From positions 1 through 39,534 of IMG/VR virus record IMGVR_UViG_3300049485_000129: a stretch of DNA of 39,534 nt. The stretch is one strand, 5' to 3'. The position numbers were made by a program, and so were the translations under genes. Under the pieces are notes generated by a model. The model did not search any database. It was not told where the DNA came from and saw only the letters and a program-made list of their open reading frames with translations. Below, piece after piece: positions 18,132 to 27,794 of this stretch. Source of the stretch: a virus (lineage: Duplodnaviria; Caudoviricetes). The first letter of the stretch is position 1. Every line of letters begins with the position of its first letter.

Positions 18132-19439
18132 ATGCGCGTTTCACCCCAGAATATTGATGCGGAAGAAGCTGTTTTAGGTGCGATTATGTTGGATCCAGAT
18201 GCCATTTCTAAAGTAGCGGATATTCTTATCTTTGATGCGTTTTCACTGGTAGTACATAAGCAAATATATAAATGCGCGATCGCACTCCATCAGCAAAACA
18301 AACCTACAGATTTGATGTCTATGGCTACTTGGTTATTAGATCATAATTTATTAGATTCTATTGGTGGTCAATTCAAATTAGCACAATTGGTTCAAAGGAC
18401 TGTTTCTGCTGTTAATATTGAGTTATACGCGAGTTATATAGTTGATAAATACATTAGAAGAAGTTTGATTCATGCTGCTAATGAAATCGCTGATTTGGGC
18501 TATGATACTGCTACGGAGTTACCGATTATTTTAGATCAAGCGGAGCAAAAGATATTTAAGCTGAATGATTCTAAATCACGATTAGGTTTAGTGCATCTTT
18601 CTGATTCTTTGATATCTACTTTTAAAGAATTAGAATTAAGAAATTCTGAGGGTTACACAACGGGTAGAATGACGGGCTTTTATGATTTAGATGCTATGAC
18701 TGGGGGTTTTCAAAAATCAGATTTAATTATTATCGCAGGACGACCATCTATGGGTAAAACTAGCTTTGCTTTAAATATTGCAGAAAACATCTCGAATAAA
18801 TATAAATTACCTGTAGCAATCTTTAGTTTAGAAATGTCACGAGAACAGTTAACCCAAAGATTATTAATTGGGAGATGTTCTGTAGAATCTGGTCGATTGA
18901 AAAAGGGGAATTTAAGTCTTAATGAATGGGATTCAGTTAGTAGCAGCATTGGTGATTTATCAGATTTATCTATTTATATTGAAGATACATCTAGCGTGAC
19001 TGTAACTCAAATTCGGAGCGAAATTCGTAAGTTGCAATCTCAAAGCAAACAAGAATTAGGATTGATACTGATTGATTATTTGCAATTAATGGATGGTGCA
19101 GGTAGCGATCGCGTCCAGGAAATATCAAAAATCACACGCTCTCTTAAAGGTTTGGCGCGGGAGTTCAATGTACCAGTTGTGGTTTTATCACAGTTAAGTA
19201 GGGGAGTAGAATCAAGAACTAATAAACGGCCCATGATGTCTGACTTGAGGGATTCGGGAACGATTGAGCAAGATAGTGATTTGATTTTAATGTTGTATAG
19301 AGATTCTTATTATAATCCCGATGTTAATAATTCTGATGTGACTGAAGTAATTATAAGTAAACATCGTAATGGGCCAACGGGAACAGTAAAGCTGTTGTTT
19401 GATAATCAACTGACTAAGTTTAAAAATCTTGCCAAATAA
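18132..19439 (+). CDS. dnaB: Replicative DNA helicase DnaB
   Basis: PQNIDAEEAVLG, AGRPSMGKT, FSLEMS, IDYLQLM, LSQLSRGVESR.NKRP.MSDLRDSG.IEQD, KHRNGPTG; no intein. Confidence 0.96.
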   Translation: MRVSPQNIDAEEAVLGAIMLDPDAISKVADILIFDAFSLVVHKQIYKCAIALHQQNKPTDLMSMATWLLDHNLLDSIGGQFKLAQLVQRTVSAVNIELYASYIVDKYIRRSLIHAANEIADLGYDTATELPIILDQAEQKIFKLNDSKSRLGLVHLSDSLISTFKELELRNSEGYTTGRMTGFYDLDAMTGGFQKSDLIIIAGRPSMGKTSFALNIAENISNKYKLPVAIFSLEMSREQLTQRLLIGRCSVESGRLKKGNLSLNEWDSVSSSIGDLSDLSIYIEDTSSVTVTQIRSEIRKLQSQSKQELGLILIDYLQLMDGAGSDRVQEISKITRSLKGLAREFNVPVVVLSQLSRGVESRTNKRPMMSDLRDSGTIEQDSDLILMLYRDSYYNPDVNNSDVTEVIISKHRNGPTGTVKLLFDNQLTKFKNLAK

Positions 19440-19446
19440 TTAAAAG

Positions 19447-19471
19447 CAAATTTCAAACGGTTTGAAATTTG
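19447..19471. repeat. Dispersed 25-bp palindrome, copy 3 (extends to 19442-19476)
   Basis: AAAAG-CAAATTTCAAACGGTTTGAAATTTG-CTTTT. Confidence 0.95.
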
Positions 19472-19515
19472 CTTTTTGAGTGGAAATTATTTTTTATGCC
19501 ATTTTAAGGGGTGAT

Positions 19516-19968
19516 TTAACCATAAAAACAATCATCTAATATTTCTTCAACTGTCAGAGGACATTCTATAGGATAATCATTTTCTTGGCCAAATTTAGCC
19601 CGTTTTCCCTCACTAATTACTAAATCACGACCATCTGGATAAGATTCAGCGATCGCTCTTTCAAAATAAGATTTAAGAGACGGATTTTTTTTCAATTGTA
19701 TTTTAACTCTTTTACGATGTACATCAACTGAATTATACCAACTTGTTTGGATAGATTCGGTTGCGTCATACTGCACTTTTAATTTTAGCAAATGAGCTAA
19801 TAGCATCATTAAATTACTTTCTAAAGTATTTTTTTCTGATTTACCCAAATCCTTTAATTCCTCAATTAAATTTTTAGTATCAATGGATTGAAAATCACCA
19901 ATTTCTAAAGATTTAATTGTTTTTTCAATCCATAAACTAAAATCATTGTCATATAAAGTTTTAAGCAT
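19516..19968 (-). CDS. DUF29 family protein
   Basis: LYDNDF.LW...ID..NLIEEL.DLGKSE...L..LL.HLLK...NPSLK.Y...P.ECP...E.ILD. Confidence 0.9.
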   Translation of the reverse strand: MLKTLYDNDFSLWIEKTIKSLEIGDFQSIDTKNLIEELKDLGKSEKNTLESNLMMLLAHLLKLKVQYDATESIQTSWYNSVDVHRKRVKIQLKKNPSLKSYFERAIAESYPDGRDLVISEGKRAKFGQENDYPIECPLTVEEILDDCFYG

Positions 19969-19999
19969 TTTATTTGCCTCTTGATTCGATGTTATCTCG

Positions 20000-20623
20000 T
20001 TAATTTTTACTTAAAAAAACTAAGGGGTTATTCATTGCCTGCAACTCTTTTTCCATTAGTAATTGTTTAAGATTTTCTGCTCTAAACATAATATCTATCA
20101 CATCTTTGGGTGTGAGTACAGACGGTTTCACTGGATCATTCCCCCCGTGTGTTTTTTCTCCACCCCATGTGGTCGGGGTTTTAGTACGGGCTTTTTCCGC
20201 ACGATCTAATTTTCGATAAGAAATGGTGTAATCAAAATCTAATTTAGTGGTTCTTTCATCTAATTGATTGATTTCATAGCAACCATTATCTTTTGAAATA
20301 ATGACTAACGGGAAGGTCGATTCTTTAATTTCGCTGTCCATATTTTGGATTTCTTTTACCCAATCTATGGAATCATCATAAACGATAAAGCAATGATTGT
20401 AAATCTCGATATTCGGCTTCTGTGTGGGAATCCAGGTTAATAATTCACCTGGTTGGATATTGTATGTATCGCATATTTTTTCTAATACGTTTACGTTCGG
20501 TAAACGGCTAGGTGTGTTGTATAAATCATACCCTGTTCTAAATGCAATACCGGTTTCTTTGACAAACTTATTAACGCTTAACTTTCTTTCGTCAAGAAGT
20601 TTTTTAATGTTGTTCTGAATCAT
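20000..20623 (-). CDS. XRE/HTH_26 transcriptional regulator
   Basis: IKKLLDERKLSVNKFVKETGI...LEKICD.Y..QPGELL. Confidence 0.8.
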   Translation of the reverse strand: MIQNNIKKLLDERKLSVNKFVKETGIAFRTGYDLYNTPSRLPNVNVLEKICDTYNIQPGELLTWIPTQKPNIEIYNHCFIVYDDSIDWVKEIQNMDSEIKESTFPLVIISKDNGCYEINQLDERTTKLDFDYTISYRKLDRAEKARTKTPTTWGGEKTHGGNDPVKPSVLTPKDVIDIMFRAENLKQLLMEKELQAMNNPLVFLSKN

Positions 20624-20641
20624 TTTTCTGTGTGTTTGGGA

Positions 20642-21136
20642 TTAAAAAGCGTGGTCGTACCAGCCATGGTCAGCCAAGTATTTACTGATTATGGGTTGTT
20701 TTTTACTTATACCGATTATGGTAGGCGCGTTGGCGATAGTTAAAAATTCTATTATTGCTGTTTTTACTACAGCTAATAATATCGGTGTTTGGTGCGTGGC
20801 TTTATAATATTTTGGATTATCTTCTCCCCAGTATTTTTGGCATTCTGCTAGTCCATAGGATCCATGAAATCTATTCCAACTGGCTATTATGTGCGCTTTA
20901 ATATCGTTCGCGTATTTGACCTGCGCAGGTGTTCCAGTCATTGCCGGCAAAACGATATCTTTACCCGTAATAATATTATTTATCCCCTCAAGGATTTTTT
21001 CATAAGCTCCCTCTGCTTTTAGGAGTTTAAATAAACTTCTCAAAACCTGTTTTTTCATTTTTAATTTCAAGAAGCTATTAAGTTGCTTCTTGATGATGTT
21101 TAGTTTTTTAGCGATAATTAATCCAATCGTATTCAT
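20642..21136 (-). CDS. Hypothetical protein
   Basis: AAGGAG RBS; LP.MTGTPAQVKYA..IK motif. Confidence 0.65.
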   Translation of the reverse strand: MNTIGLIIAKKLNIIKKQLNSFLKLKMKKQVLRSLFKLLKAEGAYEKILEGINNIITGKDIVLPAMTGTPAQVKYANDIKAHIIASWNRFHGSYGLAECQKYWGEDNPKYYKATHQTPILLAVVKTAIIEFLTIANAPTIIGISKKQPIISKYLADHGWYDHAF

Positions 21137-21199
21137 TGTTTTGCTCCTTGTTTCCGTGTTAATATGGAAACATATTAGTTTAGGTTATTCTATTCTTAT

Positions 21200-21236
21200 T
21201 ATATAACAAGCTGATATTATGTCAACTTGTTATATA
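21200..21236. promoter_or_regulatory. Candidate operator palindrome in a divergent promoter region
   Basis: TATATAACAAG-C-TGATAT-T-ATGTCA-A-CTTGTTATATA upstream of the XRE operon. Confidence 0.55.
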
Positions 21237-21303
21237 CATACATTAGTCTTAATTTTCTTACGTTATTTTGCTGTATATGAAACTTATTAAAAGAATTTTA
21301 AAT

Positions 21304-21651
21304 ATGAGCTGCTTAACAAACTTGGTTTTTAATCCGGGACTGCCCTTTGTCCAGGAAATGCAATTATTCGAGTCTGAATTAATCCCATTAGATTTATTAG
21401 GGTGTTCTTTGCGAATGCAAATTCGTAAGACCGTAGAGGATAGCACTGTGTTAGTTGAACTATCCTCAAGTAATGGTAAAATTATTATTGTAGATGCTGC
21501 TTTAGGTATTTTTAAATTATCGTTGACTGGTAATGAAACGTTAAATCTAAAGAGCGGCGTTTATGACATTGAATTAACTTTTGTGGATAGCACAATTGTT
21601 CCCAAAGTTTTAAGCGGTGAATTTATAGCTGATTTAACAGTTACCAGATGA
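21304..21651 (+). CDS. Virion structural protein (BppU-N-like adaptor)
   Basis: P.DL.G...RMQIR...L.S....I...G...L.L...T......GVYDIEL.......L.G......VTR pattern. Confidence 0.6.
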   Translation: MSCLTNLVFNPGLPFVQEMQLFESELIPLDLLGCSLRMQIRKTVEDSTVLVELSSSNGKIIIVDAALGIFKLSLTGNETLNLKSGVYDIELTFVDSTIVPKVLSGEFIADLTVTR

Positions 21652-21980
21652 TGATTAAAGTCGTTATTATCCCTATTCAAAGAATTAAAATAATTAGCAA
21701 TATTCAACGCGGCCCTCGTGGTGTTGATATTATTATTCCTGTGGCCCCTGTGGCTTTTAATCCTGGTACAAGGGAATTAAGTATTAATGATTTTACATTT
21801 ACTCAAACTACTAATTTAGCTATTTGGAATATTCAGCATAATTTGAATAAATTTGCTCCGAGTATTCGCGCTTTTAATAATTCCGGTGATGAATTATTAG
21901 GGGAAATTTCAATTTTAGACAAGAATAATTTATTGTTTAAAATGACTATTCCCAGTACAGGTATTGCTTATTTATCTTAA
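21648..21980 (+). CDS. Small tail-fibre-associated protein
   Basis: GPRG motif; FTQ....W.I.HNL...P.......G.......G.AYL domain. Confidence 0.6.
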   Translation: MMIKVVIIPIQRIKIISNIQRGPRGVDIIIPVAPVAFNPGTRELSINDFTFTQTTNLAIWNIQHNLNKFAPSIRAFNNSGDELLGEISILDKNNLLFKMTIPSTGIAYLS

Positions 21981-21998
21981 AAAAATTAAGGAGATTTT

Positions 21999-22679
21999 AT
22001 GAAAGTTGCAGCCAATTTGGATTTCCAAAATGCGTCAAAAATTATTAATTTACCCAATCCAAGTAGTGCGGGGGATGCTGTTAATAAAGGTTGGGTGGAG
22101 GGTTTAGTTTCTACTCCGATGCGCCCTCCTTCTGATTTGGATTGTTCTGCTAATCCTAATTACCCGGCCGCTACGGCTGGGGATTCTTATTATGTGACAG
22201 TGGCTGGAAAAATCGGGGGAAGTGCGGGGAAGGTCGTTAATGTTGGGGATTTGATTCAGTGTAAAACCACTAATGCTGGTGGTGATGAGGCTTCGGTTGG
22301 GTCTAGTTTTTATGTTTTAGAAAGTAATCGAGATCAGGCTACTGAGTCGGTTTTAGGTGTTGCCAAAGTTGCAACTCAAACATTAACAAATAATGGTGTA
22401 GATGATTTGACATTTGTTACCCCATTAAAGCTGCAAACTAAAATCAATAACGCTTTTACATCAAATAGATATTCTACTAATATTGGGAATGGGGTTAATT
22501 CTTCTTTTACCATTACCCACAGTTTGGCTGCTGCTACTCCTCATGTGACTATTAGAGAGGCTGCTAGTCCTTATGGGTTAATTTGGGCTGATGTGAATTA
22601 CACGGATAATAATAATATTGCTGTAAGTTTTACTAATCCTCCTACTACTAATCAATACACTGTTTTTATTAGTCAATAA
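21999..22679 (+). CDS. Tail fibre/collar-like protein
   Basis: I.NL..P....DAV.K.WV; ATE...G.AK.ATQ...VTP.KL; F.ITH.L C-terminus. Confidence 0.65.
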   Translation: MKVAANLDFQNASKIINLPNPSSAGDAVNKGWVEGLVSTPMRPPSDLDCSANPNYPAATAGDSYYVTVAGKIGGSAGKVVNVGDLIQCKTTNAGGDEASVGSSFYVLESNRDQATESVLGVAKVATQTLTNNGVDDLTFVTPLKLQTKINNAFTSNRYSTNIGNGVNSSFTITHSLAAATPHVTIREAASPYGLIWADVNYTDNNNIAVSFTNPPTTNQYTVFISQ

Positions 22680-22681
22680 TA

Positions 22682-23833
22682 ATGAAAGTTGCTACTAATC
22701 TGGATTTCCAAAGCACGTCAAAGATAATTAATTTATCGCAGCTAAGTGTTAATTTATCTGCCTCACAACCAGGATTGATTTTCAATGCGGCATCTAATCA
22801 AACAGCTAATATATGGGAAGTAAAAAACTCATCAGGCGATATTGTTTCTTATTACAACCCCTTTTTATCTACTGGCTCAACTTTTCTGAAATTTCAGGGT
22901 CCTGCATGGTCTTTATCAGTTCCGTATTTGAGCGGAACTTTAATGGATATTTCTGCGGGTAGCCAAAATATATTTAAACTCTATAAAGCTAGTGGTGCAG
23001 GCGATGAGTCAATACTACAATTAACTTCTGCTACAGGCACGCAATATTTTCAATTTGTGATTGGTGCCGGGTCAGTTTCAATGAATAGAAATGGTAGTAA
23101 TTTTCTGCAAAGTGGTGGCAACGGAACTGTTATGTTTCCGGTGAATATAGAAGCTGGAAGTACCACCCAAACTACTTTGGCGAGCGGATTTTTTACGGCA
23201 AGAGCGGATAATTTACGCGCGATAATTGGGAAAAGGTTTAGTGTGTCCTCCACTCAAAATATATTTGAAAGCCAAGATGAAAATGGTAATGCTTTGTCTG
23301 TTTTAGCCAAGTTTGATGGTAGTTATCAACCGGCTAGTTTAACAGATAGTTCTACCACTAATAATAGTGTATATTTTTCATCTACAACATCACAATTTAC
23401 TTTTAAAAATAGCGGTGGAGCTTTAAATTCTTTTAGCGGAATAAATACCGGTGATCAAAGCTCAATTGTGGGAATTACAGGGACTGCATCACAATTTAAT
23501 ACGGCTTTAACTGATGGTGATTTTGCTACTTTAGCGGGTATAGAAACACTAACAAATAAAGTAATAGTTAGAAAATCATCAACTAAAACAAGTAGCTATA
23601 CTTTAAGCAATGCTGATGATTATGTCCGATTTAACGGAACTTCTTTGATAGCTACTTTACCAGATGCGATCGCATTAAGTGGTTATCAATTTAAAATCAA
23701 GAATGTTAACACATCTGTGTTAAGGGTGAACACAACTTCATCACAATTAATGGACTCAAATCTCATTATTTATTTAAGTCAATATGAGGTTTTAGATGTG
23801 ATTAGTAATGGTGTAAATTGGGATATTATTTAA
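22682..23833 (+). CDS. Tail-fibre/spike-like protein
   Basis: S/T/G/N-rich; ETLTNK motif; TLP.A....G....IK...SNG.NW.I C-terminus. Confidence 0.65.
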   Translation: MKVATNLDFQSTSKIINLSQLSVNLSASQPGLIFNAASNQTANIWEVKNSSGDIVSYYNPFLSTGSTFLKFQGPAWSLSVPYLSGTLMDISAGSQNIFKLYKASGAGDESILQLTSATGTQYFQFVIGAGSVSMNRNGSNFLQSGGNGTVMFPVNIEAGSTTQTTLASGFFTARADNLRAIIGKRFSVSSTQNIFESQDENGNALSVLAKFDGSYQPASLTDSSTTNNSVYFSSTTSQFTFKNSGGALNSFSGINTGDQSSIVGITGTASQFNTALTDGDFATLAGIETLTNKVIVRKSSTKTSSYTLSNADDYVRFNGTSLIATLPDAIALSGYQFKIKNVNTSVLRVNTTSSQLMDSNLIIYLSQYEVLDVISNGVNWDII

Positions 23834-23851
23834 TATAAAATTAGGTACTTT

Positions 23852-25087
23852 ATGTCTTATTTTAAAACTGTTGAAACTAATCCTGCTGATTCTTTTGCTC
23901 TCGATGCTTTTCAAAGGCAAAGGGTTTCTGAGCAATATTCTTTATGCGATTTACAACAAATTCGAGACGGATTACCATTATTAATTGATGGGGTTGTAAA
24001 TGGGACAGGAACAAAAACTTATAATACTGGAGAAGCTAGTACAACTTTAGCCACTTCTGCTAGTGGAGATTATGCGATCGCTCAAACTAAGCAACGCTAT
24101 AAATATTACGCGGGGAAAAGTAGCGCGATCGCTATAACTTTTTATAATTTTCATGTTCAGACAAATATTATTAAAAGAGTTGGATATTTTAATTCTTCTA
24201 CTACTGCTCCCTATACGGGCAGTTTTGACGGAATTTATTTAGAAAGTAATGGCGTTACGGGGGTCGTTTCTTTAAACATTGATAGAGGTGGTACTAGCAT
24301 AGATTCCGCAGCGCAAAGTGCGTGGAATAAAGATGTTTTTGATGGATCAAATAGCTCAAGTAATCCAAGTGGATTATCTACTGATTATATTAAAAATCAA
24401 ATTCTTTTTGTTGATCTTCAGTTTTTAGGAGTTGGGCGTGTTCGTGTCGGCTTTAATATTAATGGAAAATTGTATATTGCCCACGAATTTAATCACGCTA
24501 ATTTAGTTCAAAAAGCATATATGTCCTCTCCAAGTCACTCTGTAAGATGGGAAATTAGGCAGTCGGGAGCGGGTTCAGGGACTTTTACATATATATGCGC
24601 GGCGGTTAATTCTGAGGGAGCAATTAACAATAATACAGGATTAATTTTCACAGAAAATACGGCAGAAATTCCGACTGCTACTAATACTATTGGAACTACT
24701 TACGCATTACTGGGATTAAAACTGCAACCTACTGCATTAGATGTGACAATTGACATTCTCAATCTTTCTTTATTAGCTAATACTAATGATTACTTTTTCT
24801 GGGAGTTATTAGTTAATCCTACAATTGCGGGAACATTTACATTTAATAATTATCCTAATTCAGCAATTCAAACAGCTATTGGATCATCGACAAATACTAT
24901 CTCTAATCCCGGTACAAGAATCGCATCAAAAATGACCCAAAATACAGATTCTGCTTTAGTTAGCATCGAAAATACATTAAGACTTGGATCAACTATTAAC
25001 GGCACTTCTGATATAATCGTTTTAAGTACAACGCCAATTTCATCTAACATCAATTCATTTGCGAGTATTACATGGAGGGAAATGTGA
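23852..25087 (+). CDS. Virion structural protein (beta-rich)
   Basis: DAF.R.RVS, Q.K.R..Y..GKS, .LGVGRVR.G, W.E motifs, as seen in cyanophage virion proteins. Confidence 0.6.
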   Translation: MSYFKTVETNPADSFALDAFQRQRVSEQYSLCDLQQIRDGLPLLIDGVVNGTGTKTYNTGEASTTLATSASGDYAIAQTKQRYKYYAGKSSAIAITFYNFHVQTNIIKRVGYFNSSTTAPYTGSFDGIYLESNGVTGVVSLNIDRGGTSIDSAAQSAWNKDVFDGSNSSSNPSGLSTDYIKNQILFVDLQFLGVGRVRVGFNINGKLYIAHEFNHANLVQKAYMSSPSHSVRWEIRQSGAGSGTFTYICAAVNSEGAINNNTGLIFTENTAEIPTATNTIGTTYALLGLKLQPTALDVTIDILNLSLLANTNDYFFWELLVNPTIAGTFTFNNYPNSAIQTAIGSSTNTISNPGTRIASKMTQNTDSALVSIENTLRLGSTINGTSDIIVLSTTPISSNINSFASITWREM

Positions 25088-25266
25088 TTTACAAAGTGAT
25101 TCAGCCTGCTACTTTCTGGATTTTACAATCGAACGGGGGGTATAAAAGAAAATATTTTGACCCTTCGGCAGACCCAGAAACACCTATTTTGTTAAACAGT
25201 ATGGATATGTATCCTAGTGAAATTACATTAGGATTAGAACAAGGATTGATTGAGGTATATAGTTAA
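25084..25266 (+). CDS. Hypothetical protein
   Basis: GTG overlapping the previous TGA, with GGAGG RBS. Confidence 0.5.
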   Translation: MIYKVIQPATFWILQSNGGYKRKYFDPSADPETPILLNSMDMYPSEITLGLEQGLIEVYS

Positions 25267-25334
25267 GTTAAAGTCGTTCTGCGGAGTAAAATTCGCAGAA
25301 ATTTAGTTTATTATTAAATTTTGGTTTTAAGCTT

Positions 25335-25685
25335 ATGGGATTTGGTTTGAAAAATGGCAAGAATTGGATTTCTCCAAACACTGGTGCTATATATGCGAAT
25401 GCGTATTTAAAAATCGGGGATATTAATTATTATAGTAAAGATTTAAGGTCAATCTCTTTTTTTATTTTAATTTTTAATAGCCATGCTGATAGATTAGCTA
25501 ATAAAAGCCCAGTTCACACTCAGCAGATGGCAATAAATGGTGATCAGTTTGATTTGTATGTTTCGCCTTCTGCGATTAAGAATGGGCATACAAATCTACA
25601 CGAAAAGATATATAACTATTTGATTGATTTGATAAATATCAATGAAAGCAATTTGATTTTTACTGATTGGCAAAATGATATATAA
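25335..25685 (+). CDS. Hypothetical phage protein
   Basis: TG....NAY.KI...Y.YL pattern; followed by a terminator at about 25726-25756. Confidence 0.6.
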   Translation: MGFGLKNGKNWISPNTGAIYANAYLKIGDINYYSKDLRSISFFILIFNSHADRLANKSPVHTQQMAINGDQFDLYVSPSAIKNGHTNLHEKIYNYLIDLININESNLIFTDWQNDI

Positions 25686-25803
25686 TAAATTTAATTTACC
25701 TCCTTTTACTGCGTTTATTTACTCACCCTAGTATTTCTAAAAATACTGGGGTTTTTAATATATTTCAAGATGCTATAATTATTAATTATTAAGGATTAAA
25801 AAT

Positions 25804-27039
25804 ATGCAAAAAACTATTAATATTCCTATCCCTCCGTTTTTAGAAAAAATTTGGTTATCTTTGGCCAACTCTAATCAAACGCCTATACCTGGTCAACAAA
25901 GGCCATTGGCACTTGATCAATTAGGTGGGGATGATTTTTCTGCTATAGGGAGAAGGTATGATTTGGAAATTTCTGAATTTCCTGTTAGAGATCACCTTAA
26001 TAAGGCAAAAAAAATCATTGAGATGGTTGAATATTGTCCTGAAATTGCCACAGCTATTGATATTATTACTGGAGATTGCTTTAGCTCTGATGATGGGGAT
26101 GATCAGGGGTTTGACATCGGGGAAACTCTTAATGATGACATAACCCCCATAGATCCAGAAGTGAAGCGTATTTTAAAACGTCTTATTGATGAGGTAATTG
26201 GGGGAGTAAATCTTGAATTAGCCGTTGAAAGAATGATTGCTTATGGCGATGCTTTCGCTAGTCTTGGAGTGAATTTTAAACAGAAAAAGATTGAGAAAAT
26301 ATTGTTTTTGCCTACATGGGAAATGTTTAGAGTTGAGTTAAACAATGGGCGGTTAGAAAGATTTGAGCAAAGACGTTATTTGTCAGATGCAAATGGTATT
26401 GAATTTCATCCTATTATTTGTATTCATTGGCGTTTTAGACGGAATAAATTATATGGTAGGTCTTTGTTTTTGGAGTGTATTTCTGATTGGGAAAATCTTA
26501 AGCAATCTACCGAAGATTTAGCTTTTGCTTCCCGTAGCATCGGGGTAAATCCCAACCTCCATATCATGCCAGATTGTGTTGATGAGGATTACAGAAAAGA
26601 CTACAAAAGGGCTTATGAAGATAAGAAAAGAAGTGGGTTAGTAACAGATTTTTATTTGATGTATGGCGCGGATATTAAAAAGCTATCCCAAATCAACCCC
26701 GACTTAAAAGTAATGGGTGATAGTGTTTTGATGTGGCGGTCAAGAATTGCCATGCGATCGCGTGTTCCCGTATGGTTGCTAGGCTTACCGAATATTGGTG
26801 CGCGTGAAATTAGTGGACAACCTGCTCTCGCTTATGCTAGATTTATTAATAAGTTGCGGATGAATTTAGTTGAGGGAATTAAGCATATTTGTAACTTAGA
26901 ATTAGCTTTAAATGGCATTCCTAAAGAGCGTTGGCAATATAGAATTATATTCCCTAAAATTGCTGTTAATCCGTACGGTTTGTCATTAAATCTTAACGAT
27001 GAATCAAACTCTGATGAAATTGAGGATTTAGATGAGTAG
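25804..27039 (+). CDS. Phage portal protein (not Mu DUF935 type)
   Basis: PEIATA.D.I, YGDAF, IHWR....LYGRS, .VP..LLG; lies upstream of head genes. Confidence 0.75.
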   Translation: MQKTINIPIPPFLEKIWLSLANSNQTPIPGQQRPLALDQLGGDDFSAIGRRYDLEISEFPVRDHLNKAKKIIEMVEYCPEIATAIDIITGDCFSSDDGDDQGFDIGETLNDDITPIDPEVKRILKRLIDEVIGGVNLELAVERMIAYGDAFASLGVNFKQKKIEKILFLPTWEMFRVELNNGRLERFEQRRYLSDANGIEFHPIICIHWRFRRNKLYGRSLFLECISDWENLKQSTEDLAFASRSIGVNPNLHIMPDCVDEDYRKDYKRAYEDKKRSGLVTDFYLMYGADIKKLSQINPDLKVMGDSVLMWRSRIAMRSRVPVWLLGLPNIGAREISGQPALAYARFINKLRMNLVEGIKHICNLELALNGIPKERWQYRIIFPKIAVNPYGLSLNLNDESNSDEIEDLDE

Positions 27040-27199
27040 AGAATTAAAATTTGAAGGGCAAAACTTACCACCAATTGATGATTTATTGTCAATTGGTAAT
27101 GTTTCTGAATCTGATGTAATTCGTGCTGTAGAGTCTTGGCGTAAAAACCCACCAGAGGAAGGTTTTGAATTAATCTTAGAAGCGGAAATAGAAAACTAA
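27032..27199 (+). CDS. 55-aa hypothetical protein
   Basis: MSRELKFEGQNLPPIDDLL...AVESWRKNPP...ILEAEIEN; overlaps the portal stop. Not in the ORF track. Confidence 0.55.
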   Translation: MSRELKFEGQNLPPIDDLLSIGNVSESDVIRAVESWRKNPPEEGFELILEAEIEN

Positions 27200-27215
27200 T
27201 CTTTTAGGAGTAAAT

Positions 27216-27443
27216 ATGAAAGTTCAAGTATTGGTAAATATTGAATTACCGGAGTTAGATAGTTGTAAAAAAAATAACGTAATTATCGATGCAAATAACT
27301 TAAGTGAAATTATCGCTGATTTCTATGCAGCAGATCAATTAGCTGAGATAATTCGGAATAAATTAATAGACGAAGATATTAGCGGTGATGGCGACACTGA
27401 GTATTATTTGCCAGAAAATGTGTACAAAGCAATACCTTATTAA
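27216..27443 (+). CDS. Small acidic protein, tandem paralog A
   Basis: AGGAG RBS; similar to the next ORF. Confidence 0.7.
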   Translation: MKVQVLVNIELPELDSCKKNNVIIDANNLSEIIADFYAADQLAEIIRNKLIDEDISGDGDTEYYLPENVYKAIPY

Positions 27444-27524
27444 AAGTTCGATCAAAAAATACTGAAAAAAGAAGATTTGTAGAAATAAGGTCAGTTTCTT
27501 GTAATTATTTAAAAAGAGGTAAGC

Positions 27525-27749
27525 ATGAAAGTTCAAATAGTAATGAATATTGAGTTAGAAGAGTTAGATAGCTGTGAGGAAGATGGAGTACCAGTTACTG
27601 CTGATGAATTAGCTGAAATCATATCCGATTTCTACACTGCTGATGAATTAGCGGAAATAATTAGAGAAAAGCTAATAGAGGAAGAAAATAGCGGTAATGG
27701 TGATACTGAGTATTTTTTACCCGATAGTGTTTATGTTGGACTAGCTTAA
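27525..27749 (+). CDS. Small acidic protein, tandem paralog B
   Basis: Shares ELDSC...EII.DFY.AD.LAEIIR.KLI.E..SG.GDTEY.LP with the previous ORF. Confidence 0.7.
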   Translation: MKVQIVMNIELEELDSCEEDGVPVTADELAEIISDFYTADELAEIIREKLIEEENSGNGDTEYFLPDSVYVGLA

Positions 27750-27761
27750 GTAATAGATGGT

Positions 27762-27786
27762 CAAATTTCAAACGGTTTGAAATATG
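27762..27786. repeat. Dispersed 25-bp palindrome, copy 4 (1 mismatch)
   Basis: CAAATTTCAAACGGTTTGAAATATG, abutting the GGAGG RBS of the next gene. Confidence 0.92.
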
Positions 27787-27794
27787 GAGGGTAA

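Noticed and set aside
18132-19439. Intein in DnaB
   Set aside because: Length and contiguous motifs show no insertion.
21304-25685. Invertible G segment or diversity-generating retroelement at the fibre genes
   Set aside because: No invertase, reverse transcriptase, gix-like inverted repeats or adenine-variable repeat pair seen in the window.
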